From Acidobacteriota bacterium (GTDB taxonomy: Bacteria; Acidobacteriota; UBA6911; RPQK01; JAJDTT01): 64,000 nucleotides of DNA. The notes below the pieces were generated by a model. That model did not search any database. It saw nothing but the letters and a program-made list of their open reading frames with translations, and was not told where the DNA came from. The stretch covers positions 5,504,001 to 5,568,000 of the forward strand of contig OZ253580.1 in NCBI GenBank assembly GCA_965263035.1. Reading direction: 5' to 3'. Numbering within the stretch: the first letter of the stretch is position 1; each line of letters opens with the position of its first letter. Position numbers and translations under genes: made by a program. Shown in pieces: positions 21,859 to 32,500 of this stretch.

Positions 21859-23187
21859 TCAGCCAGCCTGAATCGTGCGCTTGACAGGTTCGAATGTCAT
21901 GCGCCGGCCGCTCCAATAGGAATCGGTGGACATGATGCAGGCGATGGAATGACCGTACCCGGCTTCCACGGGACAATGCAGCCTCTTGCTGTCCCGGGCG
22001 CGAACGGCGTCCAGCCAGTTGGCCACGTGGCTCCTTTCGCCCGGAGCGTCAGGAATGGGGACCTGGTCCTCGATCTTGCCCTCGGCCTCCACTCCCCGGC
22101 CCGAGAAGTGCCAAGGCACGTTGGGGTTGGCGCTGGACTCGGCCCGGCCCTTGCTCCAGTCCTCCTTGTTGGTGGAACCTCCGGCCTCGAAGCTGCCCAG
22201 GGTGCCGTGCAGTTGCGTGGCCTTGCCGTATCCGTTGATCAGGTTGGTGGAGTAGACCGTCAGGAACTTGTGGCCGTCCTTCTCGTACTCCAGGGAGACC
22301 TCGATGGTGTCGGCGTTCTCCCTCCAGTCCTTCCAGGCGTAGATTCCGCCGTGGGCCACGGCGCTCAGGGGATAGGAGGTGCCGGTGAGCATGTGGGCCA
22401 CATCGATGCCGTGGGTCATCCACTGGTCGACGATGCCGCTGGAAAAGTCCTTCCAGAGGCGGAAGCAGCGGAAGACCCGGGGATCGAACGGCCGATGGGG
22501 TTTCCCCATGAGCCAGGTGTTCCAATCCACGTCGCCCTCTTTGATCTTCGCCAAGTCCTTGTCCTTCTTGGCCCAGCGATAGGGGCTGTACCAACTCCAG
22601 TGGAGATCCACCTTGACCACGTCGCCGATGATCCCGTCGGCGATCATCTTGGCCGCCTGCCGGTACTTGGGGGAACTCCGCCTTTGAGTGCCGATCTGGA
22701 CGATGCTGCCCGATTTCTTCACCGCGTCCAGCGCCGCGTTGGTCTCCGAAAGGACGTTGCCCATGGGCTTCTCGCAATAGACGTCCTTGCCCGCTTGGGC
22801 GGCCATTTCGAGGATCTGCGCGTGGGCGTGATCCGGAGTGGCGATGATGAGGGCGTCGATTTCGGGGTCGTTCACGATCTGCTCGTGGTGGCGGTAGACC
22901 TTCGGGGTCGTTCCCTGCCGTTCCTCGGTCAGCGCCTTCGCTTGCTCCCGGGCATCGTTCCAGACGTCGCAAACCGCCGTGAGGCGGGCGTTGAAACGCT
23001 GGTTATGCTCGAAGAACTCCCTCATGATGCCCCTGCCGCGGCCGCCGGGACCGGCGATGCCGACTCGGATCTGGCCGTTTACGTCCCGGGATTTGGCTAT
23101 GGCGGGAAATCCGGCCAGTGCGAGTCCGGCTCCGGCGCCGGCCGAATGGGACAGGAAGGATCGCCTGTTGATGGAAGATTGACTCAT
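21859..23187 (-). CDS. Gfo/Idh/MocA oxidoreductase, Tat-exported
   Basis: NRRSFL Tat motif, GIAGPGGRG, ATPDHAH, YCEKPM, QIGTQRRS. Confidence 0.9.
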   Translation of the reverse strand: MSQSSINRRSFLSHSAGAGAGLALAGFPAIAKSRDVNGQIRVGIAGPGGRGRGIMREFFEHNQRFNARLTAVCDVWNDAREQAKALTEERQGTTPKVYRHHEQIVNDPEIDALIIATPDHAHAQILEMAAQAGKDVYCEKPMGNVLSETNAALDAVKKSGSIVQIGTQRRSSPKYRQAAKMIADGIIGDVVKVDLHWSWYSPYRWAKKDKDLAKIKEGDVDWNTWLMGKPHRPFDPRVFRCFRLWKDFSSGIVDQWMTHGIDVAHMLTGTSYPLSAVAHGGIYAWKDWRENADTIEVSLEYEKDGHKFLTVYSTNLINGYGKATQLHGTLGSFEAGGSTNKEDWSKGRAESSANPNVPWHFSGRGVEAEGKIEDQVPIPDAPGERSHVANWLDAVRARDSKRLHCPVEAGYGHSIACIMSTDSYWSGRRMTFEPVKRTIQAG

Positions 23188-23323
23188 GACTCATACTCCG
23201 TCAGGTTTGATCGACGGGTTCCGGTTGTCGGAACCGATTGGACAATGGTAGCGAAGTGGGTGGAACCCGACAAGGTCCGTACGATCCCTAAACGTAGACA
23301 CTGACTAAGGATAGGAAACCTCC

Positions 23324-24286
23324 ATGACTCAGAAGAGAATCCTGGTGACGGCCCCGGTGGAAGAGATCGTGATCGAGTTGCTGGAGGCCCATGCTCCCAC
23401 GGTGACCTCGCCCAGCACCGACCAAGAGACGTTGTTGGGTCTGCTCACGGACACGATCGGGATCGTCGCCCGAGGAGAGGCCCGGATCACACCGGAGTTG
23501 GTGGAGGCCGCCCCCGACCTCAAGGTCGTGGGCAGGACCGGCGTCGGGTACGACAACGTGGACGTGCCGGCCCTGACCCGCCGGTCGATTCCTCTGATCA
23601 TCGCCCCGGTGGGCGGATTCTCCGTGGCCGAAGGGGCCCTGGGAATGTTGCTCTGCCTGGTCAAGAACATGCGCATCATGGACACCGCGGTCCGAAGCGG
23701 CAACTGGGACCGCCGTTATGACGAACTGGTCGGGGACGTGGCCGGCCACACAGTGGGCATTGCGGGGTTGGGCCGGATCGGGTCGTATCTGGCCAGGCTG
23801 CTGCAACCCTTCGAAGTGACGGTCCTGGGCTATGATCCGTACGTGGACGCCGATCGGATGGCGGAGATCGGAGTCCGAAAGGTCTCGCTGAAGGAACTGC
23901 TGGCCCAGTCCGACTATGTCTCCTTGCACATGCTCCTGAACGACGAGACCCGGGGGATGATCGACCGGGAGGCCGTGGCCGGCATGAAGCGGGGAGCCGT
24001 TCTGCTGAACCTGGCCCGCGGCGGCATCACCGATGGTCTCGACACCTTGGCCGACGCGCTTGAAGACGGACAACTCAGCTACGTGGGACTGGACGTGTTT
24101 CCCACCGAGCCTCCCGACGTCTCCCACCGAATCTTCAAACATCCCCGGTGCCTCTTCGCGCCCCACGCCCTGGGAATGAGCCATCTGGCCATGGACCGGG
24201 TCGGGCGTTCCATGGCCAACGACATGTTGGCCGTGCTGCAGGGAAGACGGCCCCGGCACTGCGTCAATCCGGAGGTTTTCGCATAG
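23324..24286 (+). CDS. D-2-hydroxyacid dehydrogenase (SerA-like family)
   Basis: GVGYDNVD, GIAGLGRIG, LNLARGG, LDVFPTEP, APH. Confidence 0.9.
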   Translation: MTQKRILVTAPVEEIVIELLEAHAPTVTSPSTDQETLLGLLTDTIGIVARGEARITPELVEAAPDLKVVGRTGVGYDNVDVPALTRRSIPLIIAPVGGFSVAEGALGMLLCLVKNMRIMDTAVRSGNWDRRYDELVGDVAGHTVGIAGLGRIGSYLARLLQPFEVTVLGYDPYVDADRMAEIGVRKVSLKELLAQSDYVSLHMLLNDETRGMIDREAVAGMKRGAVLLNLARGGITDGLDTLADALEDGQLSYVGLDVFPTEPPDVSHRIFKHPRCLFAPHALGMSHLAMDRVGRSMANDMLAVLQGRRPRHCVNPEVFA

Positions 24287-24360
24287 GAGGGAGGATATTT
24301 TGTCCCCCATTCTTGATTGGGGGCAACGACGAAGAGGGGGACAAAATGTCCCCCCTCCTA
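24284..24360. repeat. Inverted doublet of REP-like family B between convergent genes
   Basis: TAGGAGGGAGGATATTTTGTCCCCC (24284-24308) and the reverse complement of TAGGAGGGGGGACATTTTGTCCCCC (24336-24360). Confidence 0.65.
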
Positions 24361-24363
24361 CCC

Positions 24364-25422
24364 CTACCCGTTCACTAGGCTCAGTAGTGGGGACAGTGCG
24401 CGTGGTCCCGAGGAGAGTTCCTTGCGCTCGATCTTCTTCATGAGTCGCCGGACCGCCTCATTGACCGGGGTCGGGATCCCTTTCTCCCGCCCCTTTCGGA
24501 CCACGAATCCATTGAAGTGATCCACTTCGGTGATCCGCCCCTTCCAGTGGTCCTGGAGCAGGGAAGTGGCGGCCGCGGGACTGATCCGTTGGGACATCCG
24601 GGCCAATCGCCGCTCCATGGTCCGGTCCCGACCGCGGGCGGCGTCCAGAACCTCGTCCGGCGTACAGTCGCCCAGCACCCGATGGATGCCGTAGCCATGG
24701 GACCTGGCCACCAGAACCACCTCCGCCGCCAGTTGGATCATGATCTTCCGGACCTCCGGCTCGCCCAGGAGGGGAGCCGACCGCAGGCCGGTGATTCCCG
24801 ACAGGGCATTGACCATGGCGCTGGTGGCCAGCTTGGTCCAGCGCATGGCCATCAGATCTCCGGTGGTCTTCACCGGCCATACGGCATTCAGATACCGGGA
24901 AACTTCTTTGGCCTTGCTTTCGGAGGTCCCCGCGTACTCGCCCACGTAGGCGCCGGGAGCGTTGACATCGGAGGACCGGGAGACGGACTGGGTGGAGACC
25001 CGGATCCGCCCGGGAGCCTCCAGCACGGCGTTTATCAGAATGACCACGCCCAGAATCCGGTCGCGATCGACTCGCTGGACGATGATCTCTTCGTTGATAC
25101 CGTTTTGGGTGCTCACGACCCAGGTCTGAGGTGAAAGGCAGGGAAGGACCCTCTTCAGGGCTGCACTGGAGTCGTACGACTTCACCGCCAGGAAGAGGAT
25201 GTCGACCGGGTCCAGCCGGTCGAGTTGGTCCGGTTGGACCACCGGCGGGCGGAAGAGAGACGACTCGTTTCCGTCTTCGATGCGCAGGCCCGAATCCCGA
25301 ATGGCACGGAACTGTTCCGGCCACGGTTCGATCAGCGTGACGTCGTGTCCCGCGGCGAACATCCGGGCGCCGACTTGGCCCCCGATGGCGCCGGCGCCGA
25401 AGACCGCTAGCCGCTTGCCCAT
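24364..25422 (-). CDS. Ketopantoate reductase (PanE/ApbA) family protein
   Basis: VFGAGAIGG, LAVKSYD, QNG, SLLQD...RITEVDHFNG...PTPVN. Confidence 0.85.
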   Translation of the reverse strand: MGKRLAVFGAGAIGGQVGARMFAAGHDVTLIEPWPEQFRAIRDSGLRIEDGNESSLFRPPVVQPDQLDRLDPVDILFLAVKSYDSSAALKRVLPCLSPQTWVVSTQNGINEEIIVQRVDRDRILGVVILINAVLEAPGRIRVSTQSVSRSSDVNAPGAYVGEYAGTSESKAKEVSRYLNAVWPVKTTGDLMAMRWTKLATSAMVNALSGITGLRSAPLLGEPEVRKIMIQLAAEVVLVARSHGYGIHRVLGDCTPDEVLDAARGRDRTMERRLARMSQRISPAAATSLLQDHWKGRITEVDHFNGFVVRKGREKGIPTPVNEAVRRLMKKIERKELSSGPRALSPLLSLVNG

Positions 25423-25426
25423 GTGG

Positions 25427-26587
25427 TCAGAGTTGGATCCGCCGCCGGATCTGCTGGTTGGCTTCCCAGTAGGTCTTCTTCAGCCGGATCATTTCGTCTT
25501 CCGGAGCCGGCTGGACCCGGCCACGGGCGTCGACGGCTCTGGACACCAAAGTATGCTCGCCCGGAGAGGGATCGTTCCAGACGTAGGACCAGAAGGTCCA
25601 GCAATGGGGATGGTCTTTCCCCTCGCCCAACGTGGTCTGCGTCCAGGCGCCGTCGTCCAGCTTCAGCTCGACCCCCTTCAACGGAGTCCCGTCGTTCCAG
25701 ACTGCGCCCATGACCCGGACGGCACCGCCATCCAGACGGGTCACCCGGGCCACGATGGACTTGAGATTCATGCGGCCCACCGAGGTCTCGCGCCAGATGG
25801 TTTCGCCGTCCCGCTCCTCACCGCGGATCGTAACGTAGTCGCGCCCCATGAATCGGCTCAGGAAACGGCGGTCATGGACCTCGATGCGCCAGAGCCACTT
25901 GACCCAGGCCACTCCGTACCAACCGGGAACCACCAGGCGGAGCGGAGCGCCGTGGGTCTGGCTCAACGGCTTCCCATTCATCTCGTAGGCCAGCAGGACC
26001 CGATCCCGAAACGCTTCTTTGACCGAAAGACTGCGCCCGAAGTTCTGTTCGTATTCATTGCCCCGGATCTCTTCCTTGCCGCGGTCCACTCCGAAGAAGA
26101 CCACCTCGGTGGCCTCCGGGCTCAGACCGCATTCCTCCAGGACCGGACCCAACCGGGTCCCGCTCCAGCGAGCGTTGCCGATAGCCCCCATGAATCGCTC
26201 CGAAGCCCCGTTTCCGGAGCACTCGAGCGTGGCGGTGTAGTGACTCTTGGGACGGGCCTTCAAGTCTTCCAGAGTCAAAGAAAGGGGCTGGTTCACAAAT
26301 CCTCCGATGCTGAGCCTCCACTTCCCCATGTCCACTTCCGGGATCCCGTAGTGTTTGACGCTGAAGAAGTCCGACTCGGGAGTGATCCAGGATTCGAGCT
26401 GGTCCCACTGGACCATGGACCGATCCGGATTCACCGGCTGTGGATCCAGGAAGGGCACCACCGTCTCTCCGGTCTCCACGGGAGGCAGCACGAAACCGAA
26501 TACTGAAGAGTGAAGGAGCGAAGCGCCGGTCGCCGCCAAACCTCCGCGCAGCACCTCGCGTCGTGAAAGGGATCGTTTCTCTCTCAT
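25427..26587 (-). CDS. Sulfite-oxidase-family molybdopterin oxidoreductase, Tat-exported
   Basis: SRREVL Tat motif, LECSGN, HGAPLRLVVPGWYG..VKWL. Confidence 0.9.
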   Translation of the reverse strand: MREKRSLSRREVLRGGLAATGASLLHSSVFGFVLPPVETGETVVPFLDPQPVNPDRSMVQWDQLESWITPESDFFSVKHYGIPEVDMGKWRLSIGGFVNQPLSLTLEDLKARPKSHYTATLECSGNGASERFMGAIGNARWSGTRLGPVLEECGLSPEATEVVFFGVDRGKEEIRGNEYEQNFGRSLSVKEAFRDRVLLAYEMNGKPLSQTHGAPLRLVVPGWYGVAWVKWLWRIEVHDRRFLSRFMGRDYVTIRGEERDGETIWRETSVGRMNLKSIVARVTRLDGGAVRVMGAVWNDGTPLKGVELKLDDGAWTQTTLGEGKDHPHCWTFWSYVWNDPSPGEHTLVSRAVDARGRVQPAPEDEMIRLKKTYWEANQQIRRRIQL

Positions 26588-26665
26588 GGCATGTCTCCGT
26601 AAGTTCCGGATTTCGGTAGGTTCAACCACATGCTAGCAGCACCTCTCGCAACCCGCCACGCCGCC

Positions 26666-26693
26666 CCTGGGAGGGGGGACAGTCCTGTCCCCC
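26666..26693 (+). repeat. REP-like family B copy
   Basis: CCTGGGAGGGGGGACAGTCCTGTCCCCC. Confidence 0.65.
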
Positions 26694-26696
26694 TCT

Positions 26697-28010
26697 TCAT
26701 CGCTTCTTCCCCACCAGTTCACGTGCCTTGGCGCCGTGGAAACGAGCTTTCTCAAAGGTTCCCATGGACTGGTAGATTCGTTCCAGCAGTTGATGGTGCT
26801 TGGGATCCTGATCGTTCAGTTCCAGCGCCTTGCGGGCCATCGGTTCGGCCTCGTCCAGCCGTTTTCGATAAAGGAGCGAGAGCGCCCTGATGAAGGGGCC
26901 CGAAGGGTCCGTGGAGTCGACTCGCATGATCCGCTCGGCCAGCGCGCCCGTCTGTTCCAGGTTGCCCCGTTCCATTTCCAGCCGGGCCGCTGTGGAGAGC
27001 AGGCCCACGTCTTGGGGACAGGCGTCCAAGCCCTTGGAGGCGGTGTCCCGGGCCTCCTGGTGGCGCTGGGTCCGTCGTTCCACCAGTGCCAGGAAGAGAT
27101 ACGCTTCGCAGCTCTGGCCGCCTTGGTCCAGGTAGCGGCGAAGGTGCGTCCCGGCGGCATGGAGATCTCCCCGTCCGAAACTGAGTTTTCCCCGCCCGAA
27201 ACCGGTCAGATGGGTGTTCGGCTCCAGTCTCTCCGCACGGGCGTAGGCATCCAGAGCCGCCCGCTGATCGCCGATCTCCAGGTTCGCGTCTCCCAGGTCG
27301 GCGAACACTTCCGCGCTGGCCCGGGGCGAGGCGGACATCCAACGAAGCGTCTTGAGCCGTCCCCGTAAATGTGCTCTCTGCCGGTGGTTCTTCAGGACCG
27401 CCCGGCCTTCCGCCTCTTTTCCCTGGCGCAGAAGGCTGGTCCCCAGATTGAAGAGGATGTTCTCGTGGCCCGGATTCAGGCGCAGGACCTGGCGGAAGTT
27501 CCTTTCCGCCGCGGGGTAAAGGCCTTCCTTCAGATCCAGCTCTCCCAGGTGGAAGAGAGTGGTCGGCTCGTCGGGCCGGAGCTGAAGCACCAGCTCCAAC
27601 TCCCGGCGGGCCTCCGAATCCCGGCCCATGCGGGCGAACGCGACTCCCAGACTCAGCCTCAGCTCCCAACTGTCCAGACCCTTGGCCATGGCCTGTTGGA
27701 AGTTCTCTATGGCCTCCGGGTAGTTGCGAAGGGAGGTCTGACAGATACCGGCCAGATAGTAGATGACCGGCGAAGGGTTGGGAGCCTTCAGCAGTTGTTG
27801 GAGGTCGGCCAGCGCTCCCAGGTAGTCCTGGTGCAGCTTCATCTTCTCCATGGCGCTGTCAGGCGACGGGACGGACTGGCTCCGGATTCCTCCCGCCAGA
27901 CAGAGAACCACAGCGATATAGGGGAGGAGCTTGGAGGAAGCAAAACGAGGAGATGCGCTCACGTTTTCCGTCTCCGGTCCATGGAGCACCGGCAAGACGC
28001 AGGATACCAT
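26697..28010 (-). CDS. Tetratricopeptide-repeat protein
   Basis: Repeated helical LG...G...EA...L.L.P units after a signal-like segment. Confidence 0.8.
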   Translation of the reverse strand: MVSCVLPVLHGPETENVSASPRFASSKLLPYIAVVLCLAGGIRSQSVPSPDSAMEKMKLHQDYLGALADLQQLLKAPNPSPVIYYLAGICQTSLRNYPEAIENFQQAMAKGLDSWELRLSLGVAFARMGRDSEARRELELVLQLRPDEPTTLFHLGELDLKEGLYPAAERNFRQVLRLNPGHENILFNLGTSLLRQGKEAEGRAVLKNHRQRAHLRGRLKTLRWMSASPRASAEVFADLGDANLEIGDQRAALDAYARAERLEPNTHLTGFGRGKLSFGRGDLHAAGTHLRRYLDQGGQSCEAYLFLALVERRTQRHQEARDTASKGLDACPQDVGLLSTAARLEMERGNLEQTGALAERIMRVDSTDPSGPFIRALSLLYRKRLDEAEPMARKALELNDQDPKHHQLLERIYQSMGTFEKARFHGAKARELVGKKR

Positions 28011-28115
28011 GACCGCCCAGATCGGCCCGGTTCCCGGGTGGCAGGGACCGGGGCGGGACGCGCGAACCTCCGGGTGTCGTAGTAGACTGACCGGGAATTA
28101 TCGGAGGGAATCGAG

Positions 28116-29534
28116 ATGACTCTACAGTCTGCGACCGATCGTCGGCGGTTCCTGGTCCAGGTGGGCGCCGTGTCGTTGCTCGCCCAGGGCCCCGTCGGGA
28201 GCCCGCAGGCGAAGGCAGCGGCAAAGGAATACGCCGGTCTGGCCACCCGTAGGTTCAGAGGACATATCGACGGGGCCAGAAAAGCCATTCTGGACGAAAT
28301 CAAGCCGACACCGGCCCAGTTGGAGCATGGACTCGAGCTCCATCGGGAATCCATGGTCTGCGATCTCTACGGAGGGTCCAATCCAGTTCACGTGACCGGG
28401 TTCTACTCCGAATCCATGAAGGCTTGGGCGCTTGAGGTTCTGGACCCGGAGCCGGACCCGGAACGGAAACTAGAGCTGTTCAGGTCCACCGTCCGGCCGC
28501 AGATTCAGAAATGGCGCGCGCTGGAGGTGGTCCACGATCCCGGTTTTCGGGCCAACCACCGGCTGGCGTGGGAATCGGCCCAGATCGACTTGGGCCTCGC
28601 CGACGTGGCCTGGGCTCCGGAAGGGGAAGGGGACCGGGGTTCCCTCGAGTACCTGGCCAGCGAAACCTACGCCTTCGACCACTTGGACTACCTGGAGAAA
28701 TTCTTGCGAATCGAGGACCTTAAGGGGTTCAAGCAGGCGGGAAAACATGCCGTCATCTGGCACCTCGGCCGGCCCGACGCCTGTTTTGCCGGCCCTCACA
28801 TCAAGGATCCCATCAAGAGTCTCGATCTCTTCTACGGCTTCGGCGTCCGCCACTGCCAGTTGACCAACAGCACCCGGAACCAGTTGGGAACTTCCCATTA
28901 TCAGGAGACGGACACCGGGCTCACCGAAATGGGGGAAGCCGTCATCCGGCGCATGAACCAACTGGGGATCATGGTGGATCTTTCCCACTGCGGAACCCAG
29001 ACGACGTTGGACGCCATCCGGGCCTCGCAGGAACCGGTACTCATCAGCCACACGGCTTGCCGCGCGCTATCCCGTGGAGGCAAGAGCCCGAACCGCAACG
29101 CCACCGACGAGGCGATTCGAAGTACGGCCGACAGAGGGGGCATGATCGGAATCATCACCGTGCCCAACCTGTTGGGTGGATTCGGTGCGGAGGCCGTCTA
29201 CCGGCACCTGGACCACGCGGTCAAGCTGGTGGGTGTGGACCACGTGGGCCTGGCCTCAGACCAAGGTCCCATGGGCCGGGCCGTGCAGGCTCCGGAAATT
29301 GTCAAGATCCTGAAACCCCGGAAGTTTCTGGCCACGGGCTTCAAGGGCACGCGGACCTACTGGGAATGGGAGACCGGGCCCCGTCCCCTGTCCTGGGTCA
29401 ACGCTCCCTATCTGACGGTGGGGTTGGTGGTGAGAGGCTACTCGGACGACGACATTCGCAAGATCATCGGCGGCAATTTCCTCAGGGTGGCCGGCAAGAT
29501 CATGGACAAGCGACCCCGGGGACGATTGACCTGA
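28116..29534 (+). CDS. Membrane dipeptidase (peptidase M19) family protein, Tat-exported
   Basis: DRRRFL Tat motif, GLTEMG...MNQLGIMVDLSH, ISHT, GVDHVGLASD, KIIGGNFLRV. Confidence 0.85.
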   Translation: MTLQSATDRRRFLVQVGAVSLLAQGPVGSPQAKAAAKEYAGLATRRFRGHIDGARKAILDEIKPTPAQLEHGLELHRESMVCDLYGGSNPVHVTGFYSESMKAWALEVLDPEPDPERKLELFRSTVRPQIQKWRALEVVHDPGFRANHRLAWESAQIDLGLADVAWAPEGEGDRGSLEYLASETYAFDHLDYLEKFLRIEDLKGFKQAGKHAVIWHLGRPDACFAGPHIKDPIKSLDLFYGFGVRHCQLTNSTRNQLGTSHYQETDTGLTEMGEAVIRRMNQLGIMVDLSHCGTQTTLDAIRASQEPVLISHTACRALSRGGKSPNRNATDEAIRSTADRGGMIGIITVPNLLGGFGAEAVYRHLDHAVKLVGVDHVGLASDQGPMGRAVQAPEIVKILKPRKFLATGFKGTRTYWEWETGPRPLSWVNAPYLTVGLVVRGYSDDDIRKIIGGNFLRVAGKIMDKRPRGRLT

Positions 29535-29590
29535 TTCGAAATTGAGTCGCCGCCCTCTGAAAGGCCCGGTGACATCGGGAGGCGTGAAGT

Positions 29591-32500
29591 ATGGAGTCCA
29601 ATCTGTGTCTGCGAACGGCTGGACGTTTCGTCGCGGGAGCGGTTCTGATCCCGTTCCTGGGTTGCGGGGTTGACGAAGACACGCGGGATCCGTTCCGCGA
29701 GATCGTGGACATTTCCCGGGACGAGGCGGCCTTGGCTGAGTATCTCCAGCCGGTTCCGCCCAAGGAGCCGCAGGAGGCCCTGGCATCGTTCGAGGCGGTC
29801 GACGGATTCCGTATGGAGATGGTGGCCCATGAGCCTCTCGTGAACGACCCGGTCGCGGCCGCGTTCGATGAAAACGGCCGCCTCTACGTGGCCGAGATGC
29901 GGGACTATCCCTACCAGCCAGGTCCGGGCGAAAAGCCCATGGGTGTGGTCCGCCTGCTGGAGGACACCGACGGCGACGGCACCCTGGACCAGAGCCACGT
30001 CTTCGCCGACCAACTGCTTTGGCCCACCGGAGTGACGGTCTGGAAGGGAGGGGTCTTCGTCACCGCTCCTCCCGACATCTGGTACCTCAAGGACACCGAC
30101 GGTGACGGCAAGGCAGACATCCGGAACAAGGTCTATTCGGGCTTTGGACACCAGAACGAGCAACAGATGATGAACAACATCATCATGGGGGTAGACCATT
30201 GGATCTATGGGATCGCCTCCGGAAACGCCGGCGAGATCCGATCCTTGGAGAATCCGGATTCGCCTCCGGTCTCCTTGGGCGCCCGGGATTTCCGTTTCGA
30301 TCCCGTGAACGGGCGGTTCGAGACCACGACCCAGACCTTCCAGTTCGGACACTCCTTCGACGAATGGTACAACCGCTTCGTCTGCAACCAGGGGATGCCG
30401 GGGCGCCATGTGGTGTTGCCGGCCCGCTACCTGGAACGGAATCCCCACCTTTTCGTCAACCTGCACCGGTGGCTGGGACCGGGCGCCAACCAGGTGAAGC
30501 CGCTGGTCCAAGGGCAGACCCGCCTCTACAAGATCAGTCCGGTGGAGCGCTGGCGCACGATTCGGCAGGCTCGGCGGATCTTCGCCGGGTCCTCTTCCCG
30601 GAGCGCGGGTGTCGGTCACGACTACCTGACGGCCGGTTCGGGGGTGACCATGTATACGGGCCACGCCTACCCGGAGAAGTATCGGGGCAGCTACTTCATG
30701 GGCGCCAACACGGGCAACCTGATCCACCGCCGGGTTCTCATCGACGACGGAGTCACTTTCCGCTCAGAGCGGGGGGAGACGGAGGGCTCGGAGTTCGTCC
30801 GCTCCACGGACAACTGGTTTCGCCCCGCCAATGCGGTCAATGCTCCTGATGGAACCGTCTACTTCCTGGACATGTCCCGGGAGCTGATCGAGGCGACCCA
30901 CGTCCCCGGACGGGTGATGAAGCACCTGGATTTCACCAACGGACGCGACCGGGGACGCATCTATCGCCTGGCGCCCCCAGGATTCGTGTCGCCACCTCCG
31001 CCCCGGTTGGGCGAGGCCACGACCGAGGAATTGGTCGCCCATCTGGAGCACGACGGGGGCTGGTGGCGGGCGACGGCCCACCGGCTGGTCCGCGAACGGC
31101 AGGACCGGTCGGCAGCGCCTCTCTTGCGCCGGCTCCTGAGGGAGAGTTCTCGTCCCCTTGCCCGGATGCATGCTCTCTGGTCCCTGGAGGGTCTCGGCTC
31201 CCTCCGGGAACGGGATCTGCTGCGGGGTCTGGGGGATCCTGAAGCCGGTGTCCGGGTCCATGCCGTTCGACTGGCCGAATCCCGTCTGAATCGTTCCCGC
31301 GCCCTGTCCCGGAAGGTTTCGGACCTGGCCCAGGACCCGGAAATCCGGGTCCGGTTCCAGGTGGCCCTGAGTCTGGGCGAGGTGCGAGGGCAGAGGGCTC
31401 TTCCCGCACTGGTCCGGATCGCACGGGAGGATACAGGCGACTTCTGGGTCCAGAACGCCGTCCTGAGCTCGTGTGCCGACTTTGCCCACCAACTGTTCGC
31501 CCGATTGGCGAACGAGGAGACGTTTCTGGCGCAACCCGAATCGGTCCAGTGGTTGTCTCAGCTCGCCCGGGCGGTGGGAGCCCGGGACCGCGCACGGGAG
31601 TTGAGGCGGGTCCTCGGCGTCATGGCCGCCAATCCGGTGCTGGCCGCAAAACCGTCCGCAAGGCAGGAGATCATCCTCGGCATGGCCGAAGGCCTGGCCT
31701 ATTCAGGCGGATCGCTCGTGGGGCTACGAAGACTCCCGGCCTCCGCGGCCTCTTTGATCAAGTCCCACATGGAGCGCGCGGGCAAGATCGTCGCCGACGG
31801 GTCCGCTTCCCTGGAGGACCGGCTCCAATCCATCCGCCTGCTTCACCACGACCGGCTGGATCGAGTGAAACCCGTACTGACCTCGCTGGTGGATCCGCAA
31901 CAGCCTCAGGATCTCCAGATCGCGGCGATCGATGCCTTGGCGGGCTTCGCCATCCCCGAGATACCAAGTCTCCTCCTCGAGGACTGGACGGCGCATTCTC
32001 CCCGAACCCGGAGCAAGATCCTGGAGAGTCTCTTTTCCCGGCAGGAATGGACCCTGGCGTTGCTCCAAGCCGTTTCGGAGGAGTCCGTCGCAGCGAGCCA
32101 GATCGACGCCAAGCGTCGAGAGCTCCTCATGAACCACGACGACGAGTCGATCCGGGAGCAGGCGGTCCGGCTCCTGGGGTCCGAGGAACTGGGGTCTCGC
32201 CAGGACGTGCTGGCCGAATTTCAGGCCAGCTTGTCTCTGACCGGCGACCACAAACGCGGCGAGGCCGTCTACCGGCGGGAATGCGTCAAGTGCCACCGGC
32301 TCTCGTCCCGGGAACACCCCACCGGACCGAACCTGATCCGCGGTTTGGAGAAGGATCCCGAGTCCTTGCTGGCGAACATCCTGGATCCCAACCGTTTCAT
32401 CGAACCCCAGTATCTGCAGTACGTGGCGACGGACCTCAAAGGGGGTCTCTACACCGGCCTGCTGCGGGATGAAACGGCCACCAGCGTCACCCTGGTGGAG

